Shown: in pieces, positions 18,942 to 28,420 of the stretch | Layout of the letters: every line of letters begins with the position of its first letter | Numbering within the stretch: the first letter of the stretch is position 1 | NCBI GenBank assembly: GCA_021789155.1 | Contig: JAJYJW010000002.1 | Location: 1 to 58,697, forward strand | DNA: 58,697 nt | Source of the DNA: Candidatus Micrarchaeota archaeon | GTDB lineage: Archaea; Micrarchaeota; Micrarchaeia; Micrarchaeales; CABMGC01 | Direction of reading: 5' to 3' | The notes under the pieces: model-generated | Told to the model about the DNA's origin: nothing | What the model saw: only the letters and a program-made list of their open reading frames with translations | Databases searched by the model: none | Position numbers and translations under genes: made by a program

Positions 18942-19358
18942 TTAGCGAAATACTTTCTTATACCACGGGGTTGCTTCCTCTTTTCTCATCTTTTCCCTTA
19001 ATTTCTCCAGTGCTTCTTGGCGTCTGTGTCTCCAGAATTCTGCTTCTTTTCTGGATGCTGCAGTCATATTTTCAAAGTTATTAGATGAACTTGTCTCTGT
19101 CTTTAAAACAGCATTTAAATCGGGATTGCTCAAACTTTCTGCACATATCTCAGAATGGACGTACAATTCCGCATTTGGTTTGTATCTCTCGTAGAAGAAG
19201 TTAAATTTGTTAAGATTTTCTAGAAGAATTCCTTCTACTTTAGTTTCTTGCTTCGGATTTAAGTTTCCCCCGCAAAACTCGCATTTGAAATTAGAAACCA
19301 TAGTGCCATTCATTTGTATCCTAACTTCCTTTGTGTTTGACATGTAATAATCGCTCAA
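18942..19358 (-). CDS. putative Zn-finger protein (CxxC...HxExC)
   Basis: CEFC...HSEIC; paralogous to 15806-16258. Confidence 0.55.
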   Translation of the reverse strand: MSDYYMSNTKEVRIQMNGTMVSNFKCEFCGGNLNPKQETKVEGILLENLNKFNFFYERYKPNAELYVHSEICAESLSNPDLNAVLKTETSSSNNFENMTAASRKEAEFWRHRRQEALEKLREKMRKEEATPWYKKVFR

Positions 19359-19405
19359 TTTTTATTTATAAACAAGATTGCCTTTTCGTATTTGCTCAAA
19401 AAGCG

Positions 19406-19840
19406 TCAGAATTTGCCGCTTCTCAAAAGCTCCTTTTCCATGTCGCTTATTTCAGGGCTTACTGTCAAGAGCAGTGGGTTTGCTTTCATCGGAAGTCTTT
19501 TCGCTTGGAAATCCTTTAAATAGATTAAGTATTTTGATGCCTCCTGATGCACGTAACCCTTGAATTTAGGTGCGTCTCTGCGTATTATTGCCAGGTCAAA
19601 CGGATCAATAGATGGTTTTACCACAGCTTGTATCTCAACGTTCTTGTTCTCATCCACAGAATAATCGATTATTTCGAATCCGCACGCTTTTAGGCATAGC
19701 ACTGCGTTCGTCACTTTTACCTGATGGAATGGGTTTATGCCTTCGATATGGTTTATCGTTTCCTTCTTGGCATGCTCTAGTATTGGTGCCTGTTGTATGG
19801 CTTGATATGCGCCAAATGGAACCTGGGTGGATCCTGACAT
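19406..19840 (-). CDS. hypothetical protein
   Basis: 144-aa ORF. Confidence 0.55.
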   Translation of the reverse strand: MSGSTQVPFGAYQAIQQAPILEHAKKETINHIEGINPFHQVKVTNAVLCLKACGFEIIDYSVDENKNVEIQAVVKPSIDPFDLAIIRRDAPKFKGYVHQEASKYLIYLKDFQAKRLPMKANPLLLTVSPEISDMEKELLRSGKF

Positions 19841-19874
19841 AATATCACTTTATCTAATAGAACTTTAAATGTTC

Positions 19875-20912
19875 TCAGTATGCCTGGTTATCAATAGCTA
19901 TGCCGAAATTCGGGCTTCTTAGCGCCTTTGCAAGATCTATAAACGTTTCAAGCAGTTTCTTCATTTCTGTTGCATACGCGTTGGTAAATAGTTCGTCGCC
20001 CCGAAGTGGCTCTGATGGATCAAAAATATATACCTTTGGCGCGAGCGCCGTTTTTTCATCTTTTTGGTCAGATTCGTTCAAACACACAAGCACAAAATTA
20101 TGCAAGAATACTCTTCTACCAGAGATTTGATTACGCTCGTTTCTAATTTCTATGAATTTTATGAAGAAGTCATTATGGGTTATCCCGTTTTCGTGCAAGG
20201 TATTGAATATACGGGATATTTCATTCATGGTCCAAAATGCAAATTCGAGATCTTCTTGCTTTAGAAAGAAAGATATGTTTGCTTTGTTAGTTGGGATAAT
20301 CTCCATCACATACGCTACAAATTTTTCTCTGCCAGCATCATCTAATTTTGATATTATCCCATTGATCTTCGGTACGTTATCCGGAAGTACATCCTGCATG
20401 TTCAAGTGTATGCTTAGTTCTTCGTTAAACGAATCAGAATATAACGAGTTTGTTCTATTCTTGAAATAGTTTTGTGCAGATGCTAAATTGTTTCCCGCAT
20501 TCTTAAAGAATAGCTTATCCACATCTAGGCCACTTTTCTCTAGTTGCTTAAGGAGTTCGTTTATATTGTCCTCTTCGGACTTATTCGAGTCAATTCTTAT
20601 TATTAGAGGGAGCGTATTGCTTTTTCTTCCTTCCTTACTTACGTCGGAAGTTCTCGAGTAGACTGCAGAAATCTCATCCAGTATCTTTAAAAGATTGGCA
20701 TCGCCGGTTAAGCTGAGATTTAATGAGATTAGTTTCAATTCGCTGCTTATTTTATCGGCAAACTCTGCCGCGTTTGGGTTGTACTCGTTCGGATTTGCAG
20801 TGGAATTTTGCAAAGTGTTATATTCCTCCTTTACGTCGTCTAATCTCTCTAAAATTTTCAAAGCATTATGGTATGCCGTAGTTTTATCGAAATACTGCTG
20901 CAAGAAATCCAC
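19875..20912 (-). CDS. possible protein-kinase-like (PKL) fold protein
   Basis: LHENGITHND...HNFVL...KVYIFDP resembles the HxD-x-N catalytic loop and the DFG-equivalent strand. Confidence 0.5.
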   Translation of the reverse strand: MDFLQQYFDKTTAYHNALKILERLDDVKEEYNTLQNSTANPNEYNPNAAEFADKISSELKLISLNLSLTGDANLLKILDEISAVYSRTSDVSKEGRKSNTLPLIIRIDSNKSEEDNINELLKQLEKSGLDVDKLFFKNAGNNLASAQNYFKNRTNSLYSDSFNEELSIHLNMQDVLPDNVPKINGIISKLDDAGREKFVAYVMEIIPTNKANISFFLKQEDLEFAFWTMNEISRIFNTLHENGITHNDFFIKFIEIRNERNQISGRRVFLHNFVLVCLNESDQKDEKTALAPKVYIFDPSEPLRGDELFTNAYATEMKKLLETFIDLAKALRSPNFGIAIDNQAY

Positions 20913-20993
20913 TCTTTACGGTATAAATAGGATTTGAGTAGTTAATAAAGCAAATTATATGTATGTTTATTTGCTTCTTGGTTGTTTGCAGAT

Positions 20994-21317
20994 TTATAAC
21001 CTATCGACTACTTTTTCAAACTTTTTATAGTCATAGTTCAAGTTTCTTAGGACTTTTAGAGTTTCTTCAACTCCCCCTAGTTTTTCAAACCAGCCATTGA
21101 CTTTTTGTCTATAGTCTGTTTCACTATTTCCGTTAGGTTTGAATGCATTGTAAATGCCCAATACTTCTCTGCGTACTCCAATTTTGTCGGCATTTTCCAA
21201 TATAGTGCCGAAGTCTTGCTGCGTCTGGGTGCCGTTTCTCAATGTTTTATATATTGCTGCGTAATGCTCATCGCTTCTGTATATTGGCTGATGAGTTGAA
21301 ACTTCTTTAACTGCCAT
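20994..21317 (-). CDS. hypothetical protein
   Basis: 107-aa ORF. Confidence 0.55.
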   Translation of the reverse strand: MAVKEVSTHQPIYRSDEHYAAIYKTLRNGTQTQQDFGTILENADKIGVRREVLGIYNAFKPNGNSETDYRQKVNGWFEKLGGVEETLKVLRNLNYDYKKFEKVVDRL

Positions 21318-21444
21318 GCGTATTATGCTGTTGTTATGATATTTAAGGTTTTTTATTTAAAAATAAGCACTCATGTAATTACAAAGATTCATAAATTGCT
21401 CTTTCCAAGAAGTAAACGTAAACCGGTCAGTATGGTGTGCTAAA

Positions 21445-22158
21445 ATGGAGCAACAGTTCCTCGCAATGCTCTCTGTTTTCGTGTTCGCTTTTATAGTATT
21501 TGCTGGAAGCGATACGACCATACAAGCAACTGCAAACATAGTTTGCCCGTTTTCATTGTCTTCAAGCAATCAGCCCGCGTATGTTGTGGGAAACGAAGTT
21601 ACTGTTACATACACTACGAACTCGCTTACATGCTCCATATCTGGTGCAAGCGCGTTGCTTCAGGTTAGCGAGCATGGAACTGCGAATGTCATATATGAGG
21701 CTAGCAAAGGCAACGTAATCATTAACAATTCTCTGCAAAGCAACTCATTCACTTTCACCACTTCCAATTTCCTAAACGTGAGATACGATGCTAAGATAAC
21801 GATTTCTCCGATGAATGGCGTTCTTGCACCGCATTCGCAGCAAACTCTCAACGTAACAGTATATGCGTACCCTGATTCTGAAGTAGGGCAATATTGGAAA
21901 GACATAATATCCGTTATAGAAACCCCACCTTCATCGCAGACTGGCGGTGCAAGCATTCAGACAGGAGTTGCGAAGATAATGGATATTAACATAGTAAATG
22001 CGAAGATGAACGACCTTGACGTTTCTATCGTGCTTGCAGTTATGTTCATATTGATAGTGGGAATATACTACTTCTTAACTGCTAGGAAATCGCAAGATGC
22101 TAATTCCGCGGAAAAAACGCCAGAAACGCAAAATTCCAAACCAAGAAAGGTAAAATAG
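21445..22158 (+). CDS. secreted, C-terminally anchored surface protein (Ig-like, beta-rich)
   Basis: N-terminal signal peptide, S/T/N-rich body, and a C-terminal TM segment with a basic tail. Confidence 0.7.
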   Translation: MEQQFLAMLSVFVFAFIVFAGSDTTIQATANIVCPFSLSSSNQPAYVVGNEVTVTYTTNSLTCSISGASALLQVSEHGTANVIYEASKGNVIINNSLQSNSFTFTTSNFLNVRYDAKITISPMNGVLAPHSQQTLNVTVYAYPDSEVGQYWKDIISVIETPPSSQTGGASIQTGVAKIMDINIVNAKMNDLDVSIVLAVMFILIVGIYYFLTARKSQDANSAEKTPETQNSKPRKVK

Positions 22159-22229
22159 CTAGAAGTATGCATTACTCGTTTTTCGGGAATAGCACCCTTT
22201 TTATATTTCTAGTTCGTTGCATATAACAG

Positions 22230-23942
22230 GTGTTTGGGATTTATGCAAGGAAGAGCACTGACGTGCTGATAATAGGTGCTGGTGGAGCAGGAATGCGTGC
22301 TGCGATAGCAGCGTATGACGCTGGCTCGTCAGTCACCATCGTATCAAAGTCGATTCTGGGAAAAGCGCATACTGTAATGGCCGAAGGTGGCATTGCAGCA
22401 TCTGTAGCTAACGTGGATTCTAAGGACAATTGGCAAACCCACTTTTCAGATACTTACGTTGAAGGCGGAGACATATCCAATTGGAAAATGGCAGAAATAC
22501 TCGCAAAGGAAGCACCAGAACGGGTCTATGAGCTTGAATCTTACGGTGCAATATTCGATAGAACCCCAGAAGGGAAGATAATGCAAAGGGCATTCGGCGG
22601 ACATACCTATAGAAGGCTGTGCCATGTTGGGGACAAGACTGGTTTGGAGCTTATGCGCACCCTAGAAGACCAGCTGCTTCACAGAAAAATTGATGTTATA
22701 GACGAATTTTACGTCACCAAACTCATTGTTGATTCGGAAGGAAAGGTTGCGGGTGCATTCGGAATCAGACTATCAAACGGCGAATTCGTAGCAATAGACG
22801 CTAAAACAGTGATAATCGCAACTGGGGGCTGCGGAAGAGTGTACAGAGTCACTTCCAATTCATGGGAATCAACTGGCGACGGAATAGGGCTCGCATATGA
22901 CATTGGAGCGGAACTCATGGACATGGAAATGATCCAATTCCATCCTACAGGCATGGTATATCCTCCAGGAGTAGAAGGCATACTCGTAACTGAAGGAGTG
23001 CGAGGGGAGGGTGGCATTCTTCTCAATTCCAAGCATGAGAGGTTCATGCTCAAATATTCGCCAAAACGCAAGGAGCTCGACACTCGGGATGTTGTCGCAA
23101 GGTCGATATACGCCGAGATACAGAAAGGCAATGGCACTGAACACGGTGGAGTTTACCTTGACATATCCTACATGGGAAAGAGCTTCATATTGAGCAAACT
23201 TCCCGCAATGTACTCCCAATTCCTCAAGTTTGCGAATGTTGACATAACGAAACAGCCTATGGAAGTGGCACCCACGGTGCATTATCAAATGGGTGGGATA
23301 AGGGTAGATCCCGAAACCGGGGCTGCAAGCGTTAAGGGACTGTTCGCTGCAGGTGAATGTACTTCTGGGCTGCATGGCGCAAACAGGCTGGGAGGAAATT
23401 CACTAGCAGACATATTGGTATTCGGAAAAAGAGCAGGAACTGCAGCAGGAAAATACGCGAAAGCAGCGAAATCGGCGAAAATCGCAGATTCCATATATTC
23501 GGCAGAAGAGAGGAGGGTATCATCATTCCTCAATGAAAAAGGGGAAAATCCATACTACGTAATAAACGATCTTCGCGATTCAATGTCAAATCATGTGGGC
23601 ATAATTCGCAGTGAAACTGAACTTAATATTGCCCTTGAAAGCATACTTGCCTTCAAGAAGGAATACCTGAAAGTCGGGGTAAACGGAAAGCACGCATATA
23701 ACAAGGGACTTTTGGCATGCCTTGAACTCGGCAACATGCTGATAGCGTGCGAGGGCATCGTGAGAAGCGCATTGATGAGAAAGGAGAGTAGAGGTGCGCA
23801 TGCCAGATCTGATTTCCCGGAACGCAGCGAAAAATGGCATGTCAACATAATCTGCAGGCGTTCTTCCGGAAAGATGAAGCTTGATACGCGCGAGGTTCCG
23901 GAACTGCCTCAAAGGCTCGCCAAAATCATAAAAAGAGGCTAA
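22230..23942 (+). CDS. sdhA: succinate dehydrogenase/fumarate reductase flavoprotein subunit
   Basis: GAGGAG, GKAHTVMAEGG (covalent-FAD His), QFHPTG, HGANRLGGNSL and ESRGAHAR. Confidence 0.95.
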   Translation: MFGIYARKSTDVLIIGAGGAGMRAAIAAYDAGSSVTIVSKSILGKAHTVMAEGGIAASVANVDSKDNWQTHFSDTYVEGGDISNWKMAEILAKEAPERVYELESYGAIFDRTPEGKIMQRAFGGHTYRRLCHVGDKTGLELMRTLEDQLLHRKIDVIDEFYVTKLIVDSEGKVAGAFGIRLSNGEFVAIDAKTVIIATGGCGRVYRVTSNSWESTGDGIGLAYDIGAELMDMEMIQFHPTGMVYPPGVEGILVTEGVRGEGGILLNSKHERFMLKYSPKRKELDTRDVVARSIYAEIQKGNGTEHGGVYLDISYMGKSFILSKLPAMYSQFLKFANVDITKQPMEVAPTVHYQMGGIRVDPETGAASVKGLFAAGECTSGLHGANRLGGNSLADILVFGKRAGTAAGKYAKAAKSAKIADSIYSAEERRVSSFLNEKGENPYYVINDLRDSMSNHVGIIRSETELNIALESILAFKKEYLKVGVNGKHAYNKGLLACLELGNMLIACEGIVRSALMRKESRGAHARSDFPERSEKWHVNIICRRSSGKMKLDTREVPELPQRLAKIIKRG

Positions 23943-23946
23943 GGAG

Positions 23947-24696
23947 ATGAAGAGCGTAAAGATAAGCGTGTATAGAGAGGATCCGACAACTGGCGAGAAA
24001 GGGCATTTTCAGGAGTTCGATGTGCCAGTGAAAGAGGGCATGGTGGTTCTTGACGCTATACGCTACATAGAAGAGAACCTAGATACCACTCTTTCCTCAA
24101 GGTGGAACTGCAAGGCTTCTCGCTGCGGATCGTGTGCTGCGGAGATAAACGGCAGGCCTGCGTTGATGTGCGGAACCAGGATAGATTCGCTTCATGGAAA
24201 CGTTAGGGTAGAACCTATGCGGGCGTTTCCGCTAATTAAGGATCTTGTTACAGATGTTTCGGAGAATTTCGAAATTGACAGGAGCATTCCTGCATACAAA
24301 CCAGAGAAGGGCACAAAAGCCCCATATGACATGAAGCAAATTGACATTGAGAAGACCAAGGAATTCAGAAAATGCATTGAATGCTTCCTGTGCATGGACG
24401 TATGCCATGTGATAAGAGCACATAAAAGCGGATATGTCGGACCAAGGCACGTGGTAAAAGCGGCATCGCTTGACATGCACCCGAAGGATACCCTCGACAG
24501 GTCATCGCACCTGAATCAAAAAGGCGGCCTGGGATTCTGCAACATAACAAAATGCTGCCAGGAGGTGTGCCCTGAAGGCATAAGGATAACAGATAATGCG
24601 ATTATTCCAGAAAAGGAACGCGCCGTAGATTCAACATACGACCCGCTGATGATGTTTGCAAAGAAGGTGAAAGAGGAAAATGAAGGCAAGAAATGA
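23947..24696 (+). CDS. sdhB: succinate dehydrogenase/fumarate reductase Fe-S subunit
   Basis: CKASRCGSC, CIECFLCMDVC and CNITKCCQEVCP cluster motifs. Confidence 0.95.
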   Translation: MKSVKISVYREDPTTGEKGHFQEFDVPVKEGMVVLDAIRYIEENLDTTLSSRWNCKASRCGSCAAEINGRPALMCGTRIDSLHGNVRVEPMRAFPLIKDLVTDVSENFEIDRSIPAYKPEKGTKAPYDMKQIDIEKTKEFRKCIECFLCMDVCHVIRAHKSGYVGPRHVVKAASLDMHPKDTLDRSSHLNQKGGLGFCNITKCCQEVCPEGIRITDNAIIPEKERAVDSTYDPLMMFAKKVKEENEGKK

Positions 24697-25402
24697 TTTC
24701 ATTGATAGGTTAACAGAGTACATACCTCCGGAATTCCTTGAGCCTAATTTGCGCATCTGGTCATTCCTCTTGCTGATAATACTCAGCGTTGCTGCACTTG
24801 TCTATTTTCCGGTAAACCCGATTGACGGGTACACTGATCCATTCTATTCGCCTACAATACTGCTCATACCTTTTGCAGGGATGTTCAGACTGACCTGTTA
24901 TGCATTCAGGAAGTATTACCACAGGCATTTGTTCAAGCATCCGTTGTCTTGCGGAATTTACGGAAGATTGGATGACTCAAAAAGGAAATACTCCGGGGAG
25001 ACCGGATTGCTAAGGGTGGAAAACCTTCACAGGTACTTCATGTACGCATCACTCCTCATTCTGCCATTCTTCTTCTACGACGTTTATATATCGCTTCTCT
25101 CACCTGCGGGATTGGTTATACGATTCGGAAGCGTTCTCCTGCTTGCGGATGCGCTTCTTGTTACATCATACCTTCTTTCATGCCATTCGGTTAGGCACCT
25201 GATTGGCGGAGGAGCGGATTGCTACAGCTGCGGATTGTTCCAAAGGAAGAAGCATGACGCATACTTGCTGCAGTCTTACATGAACGAACATCACGAACTT
25301 CTCGCGTGGTCAAGCCTGATACTGATAGTATTCGTAGATCTCTACCTTAGGGCTCTTACAGCGGGATGGCCGGTTGACTTTCGCATATTGATATTGCATT
25401 GA
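24680..25402 (+). CDS. succinate dehydrogenase membrane anchor, mycobacterial Sdh1 (Rv0249c)-like
   Basis: About 5 TM segments with FRLTCYAFRKYYHR, YSGET, NLHRYF and SCHSVRH; overlaps sdhB. Confidence 0.7.
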   Translation: MKARNDFIDRLTEYIPPEFLEPNLRIWSFLLLIILSVAALVYFPVNPIDGYTDPFYSPTILLIPFAGMFRLTCYAFRKYYHRHLFKHPLSCGIYGRLDDSKRKYSGETGLLRVENLHRYFMYASLLILPFFFYDVYISLLSPAGLVIRFGSVLLLADALLVTSYLLSCHSVRHLIGGGADCYSCGLFQRKKHDAYLLQSYMNEHHELLAWSSLILIVFVDLYLRALTAGWPVDFRILILH

Positions 25403-25409
25403 TGATAGA

Positions 25410-25580
25410 ATGAGTAATTTGTTGCAGACCAAGTACAGATACCATGTGTTTTTCGTTGGCGTATTCCTAATGACAATATCTGGATTTCTGTACAAATACT
25501 CAATTCTCAGTGCGGATCTTGCTGCTGCGTCTGTAGTGCTTGGATTTTTGATTTTCGTCGCATCGATAGCGATTCCCTGA
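25410..25580 (+). CDS. small 56-aa two-TM membrane protein, not in the ORF track
   Basis: MSNLLQTKYRYHVFFVGVFLMTISGFLYKYSILSADLAAASVVLGFLIFVASIAIP*, starting 7 bp after the anchor gene. Confidence 0.55.
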   Translation: MSNLLQTKYRYHVFFVGVFLMTISGFLYKYSILSADLAAASVVLGFLIFVASIAIP

Positions 25581-25631
25581 CTAAACGAATACGAAATAAT
25601 ATTTTTAGCTAGTAAAATTGAACCTTCTCCC

Positions 25632-26228
25632 ATGTATAACCTTAATCCTGTGGAATCTTGGAAAATGAGCTTCACAGATCCGAAAAGACATGACAATAAG
25701 CATTTTTGCTATATCGTGTGGGCACACCACGAACAATTTAATGAAGATTTCATGGCGGCTGTGGAAAAAGCCGGGAACAAAATGAATTACATCGACATAT
25801 TCAAAAATCCGGAATCGATAGCAAAAAGGCCTGTGATATCCGCATCAGTAATAACGAATGAACACACCCAGACATTTGGACAGACAGGTTACATACTAAG
25901 CGTTCCTGTGGAGAATATCCTGCTGCTAAGCCCAAGAGATATCAACATACTAGTTAAGGACAATGACGAAATGGAAAAACTAAGGATGAATAGAAAATTA
26001 TCGCTCAATGTGGCGAGATTCTTAGGAAACTGCAGCATGACATACAACGAGGTTGTAGTAGAAGGTACCACACCATTTGGAAAAGTTGAAATATCTGCAA
26101 TATTTTACAAACAAGAATCGTGGTACAATGAAGAAATGAACGAAGCAGCGCTTAAGCACGCGCTAAGATTGCAGGAAAAGGTGCCAAGTGCTCCAATAAT
26201 TAGGGTCATCTGCCAGGATATGCTGTAA
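25632..26228 (+). CDS. hypothetical protein
   Basis: 198-aa ORF with ISASVI...TFGQTGYIL...YNEVVV. Confidence 0.6.
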   Translation: MYNLNPVESWKMSFTDPKRHDNKHFCYIVWAHHEQFNEDFMAAVEKAGNKMNYIDIFKNPESIAKRPVISASVITNEHTQTFGQTGYILSVPVENILLLSPRDINILVKDNDEMEKLRMNRKLSLNVARFLGNCSMTYNEVVVEGTTPFGKVEISAIFYKQESWYNEEMNEAALKHALRLQEKVPSAPIIRVICQDML

Positions 26229-26237
26229 TGTACTAGG

Positions 26238-26870
26238 TTATTTCCTTAGGGACCTGTTTCTTTCCAAAATTACGCCTTTATTCCTCAGGCTTTCTGCCTG
26301 TTCCGCATTTATTTCTACCGCATAGTCCACATGCAACTCTTTCAGCATGTTTAATTTAAGTACTGCTTCAGGAAGTGCATCGAATTGGTTGTTTCTCATC
26401 CACAACTTCTCGAGCAAGGGCAACTTCTTGGCAAAATCAAATGGAAGGTCTTTAAGCGAATTACCCTCAATGCTGATGCTTGATACGTTCCTGAATCCGT
26501 ATGCGCATTTTGGAAATTCATCCAAGTGGAGGTTTTCCATTTCGAACGTTTTGGCGTTCATCTTTATCGATGGATTGATATCGTAAAGCACTCTGTTTAC
26601 CTGCTTTAACGTTGCGTAATCAACGCGTTCTTGCGAGTTGCAGGCATCTGCGAATATGCCTATGGTGAGCATTGGTCGGATTAGACAAGACACGATTACC
26701 TGTATTGGGACGAAGTTTGCATGGTATATTACCACCGGACCGTCCCCAAAGCGTTCATAATTAGCTTCAGACTTTTTGGAGTTTCGCATCGAATTTTTGA
26801 GATCGTATGCGTCGTGTTTGTTGATTATGCCAAGCATCACAATTACCTCCTGTTTGCGATTTTTATGCAT
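26238..26870 (-). CDS. leucine-rich repeat protein
   Basis: ISIEGNSLKDLP, LEKLWMRNNQFDALP and LKELHVD. Confidence 0.75.
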   Translation of the reverse strand: MHKNRKQEVIVMLGIINKHDAYDLKNSMRNSKKSEANYERFGDGPVVIYHANFVPIQVIVSCLIRPMLTIGIFADACNSQERVDYATLKQVNRVLYDINPSIKMNAKTFEMENLHLDEFPKCAYGFRNVSSISIEGNSLKDLPFDFAKKLPLLEKLWMRNNQFDALPEAVLKLNMLKELHVDYAVEINAEQAESLRNKGVILERNRSLRK

Positions 26871-27796
26871 TCCTCCCTTTCCCTCTCAAATGATGCGAGT
26901 ATGGTGCGTATTCCTTCTTGCAAAAGCGGTTTGTTTTCATCTAGTCTGAGAGTTTCGGCAGATTCGCCGAAACCGTGCAAATCTGTTCTGCTTTCAGCGC
27001 ATGCTTCACCCACTTGCATGAAAAATTCGTTCCAGAATATGTAACCGCGTTCGTTAAGCAGTATTAGCTTTCTTATGTTCTTATTCCAGAATACGCCCTT
27101 CTGATAGATGTCTAGGGGTGCCATAAGCTTATCATCCCTGTCTGCAATGTCCAATATCCTCAGGTCTTTGTCCATCCTTTTAATCAAGGCTATTATCTTC
27201 GGCGGGTCCACGATGGTGTTCAGATGCAAGCTATTCAGCCTAAGATGTACTGCATCTGCCAAGTCTCTCGAAGTGCTCATGCCATCGCGCCTTACCATCT
27301 CCTTGAGGATATTGTGCACGTAGAACATATGGGAAATGCGGGTGGAGGGGTTGTATGTTTTGACCATGGCAGATATCGAATTTGGAAGATTGACGTCGTT
27401 CATGTGCAAGCGCACCGCTGCAGACAGGGCAAACGCGAAAGAATTGTCTCCGATTTCCGCACCCATCTCAGTTTTGAAATACTTCCCTTGTCCGGTCTTT
27501 TGTACTGCACCGGAACGGCACAAAGATTTTTCGCAATAACGTTTTGGAGAAGAGGTATTGAAAAAATCCGTGTTTGCATTGCTTTCCTTAATGAACTTCT
27601 TGGTAGTCAAATAAAGTTCCCTGCTTGTGTACTCCTTGCCGGCATCCATCACAAAAAGCATTATGCCCTTTGGATCCGGAGATATCATGCTGCCGATTTC
27701 GTTAAGTCTTGAATTTTCATCATGGAGCTTTTCGAAAAAAAGGGATTTGCTCTGCATGATGACATTATTTATACATTCAATATTTAAAGCGTGCAT
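26843..27796 (-). CDS. hypothetical protein, possibly tandem winged-helix
   Basis: 317-aa ORF; EYTSRELY...GKYFKTEMG and STSRDLADAV resemble wHTH segments. Confidence 0.5.
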   Translation of the reverse strand: MHALNIECINNVIMQSKSLFFEKLHDENSRLNEIGSMISPDPKGIMLFVMDAGKEYTSRELYLTTKKFIKESNANTDFFNTSSPKRYCEKSLCRSGAVQKTGQGKYFKTEMGAEIGDNSFAFALSAAVRLHMNDVNLPNSISAMVKTYNPSTRISHMFYVHNILKEMVRRDGMSTSRDLADAVHLRLNSLHLNTIVDPPKIIALIKRMDKDLRILDIADRDDKLMAPLDIYQKGVFWNKNIRKLILLNERGYIFWNEFFMQVGEACAESRTDLHGFGESAETLRLDENKPLLQEGIRTILASFEREREECIKIANRR

Positions 27797-27881
27797 TTGC
27801 TAACGTAATACCACGGTAAATTGGAAAAATATGCCAAACTTGGCGTAGCATTAAAGCTATAAATCAGAATATATTCAATCG

Positions 27882-28412
27882 ATGGATAAAAAGAATAAAG
27901 GTGCACATGTGCAGAAATTCAAAGTGCCTCTAGGCAAATTGCCCTCAAGCAAGATATCAACCAATTTTCCTCAGTTTAACGATCTGTTTTCGCAGCTTGT
28001 TGAAATAGAGAAACAGGTTAAAAAAGACCTAGAAACCGGAGCATATGCTAATTCTCCAAAAAGCGGCGTCATATATTTTGTAGATACTTTTTGGTTGGCA
28101 ACGAAAAATACCATAGACGCTTATGACCTCGCTTGCTCGAATACTTACGTATCTGAAAGAGACAGAAAGCAGGTTTATGCAGCATTGAAATTCGCGCAGA
28201 ATATCCTAGTGGTCCTCAATACCATAAAGAACAAAAAGACGCTGCAGGAAGCGATGAACAGGGAATGGATAGTAGCATCAGAAACTGGGCTCATTCTGTC
28301 TGAGAGGGAGGTAATACACAAGATGGTAGAGATTGCAGTAAGAGCGGCTAAACGGTTTGAGGTAGATCCATTGGGAACTACAATTGGTCTGGTAGAACTC
28401 AAACGAGAATGA
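27882..28412 (+). CDS. hypothetical protein
   Basis: 176-aa ORF. Confidence 0.55.
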   Translation: MDKKNKGAHVQKFKVPLGKLPSSKISTNFPQFNDLFSQLVEIEKQVKKDLETGAYANSPKSGVIYFVDTFWLATKNTIDAYDLACSNTYVSERDRKQVYAALKFAQNILVVLNTIKNKKTLQEAMNREWIVASETGLILSEREVIHKMVEIAVRAAKRFEVDPLGTTIGLVELKRE

Positions 28413-28420
28413 CATACGAG

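Noticed and set aside
209..21317. Provirus or integrated plasmid
   Set aside because: No recognisable integrase, capsid, terminase, packaging ATPase or replication gene; genes are monocistronic and in mixed orientation.
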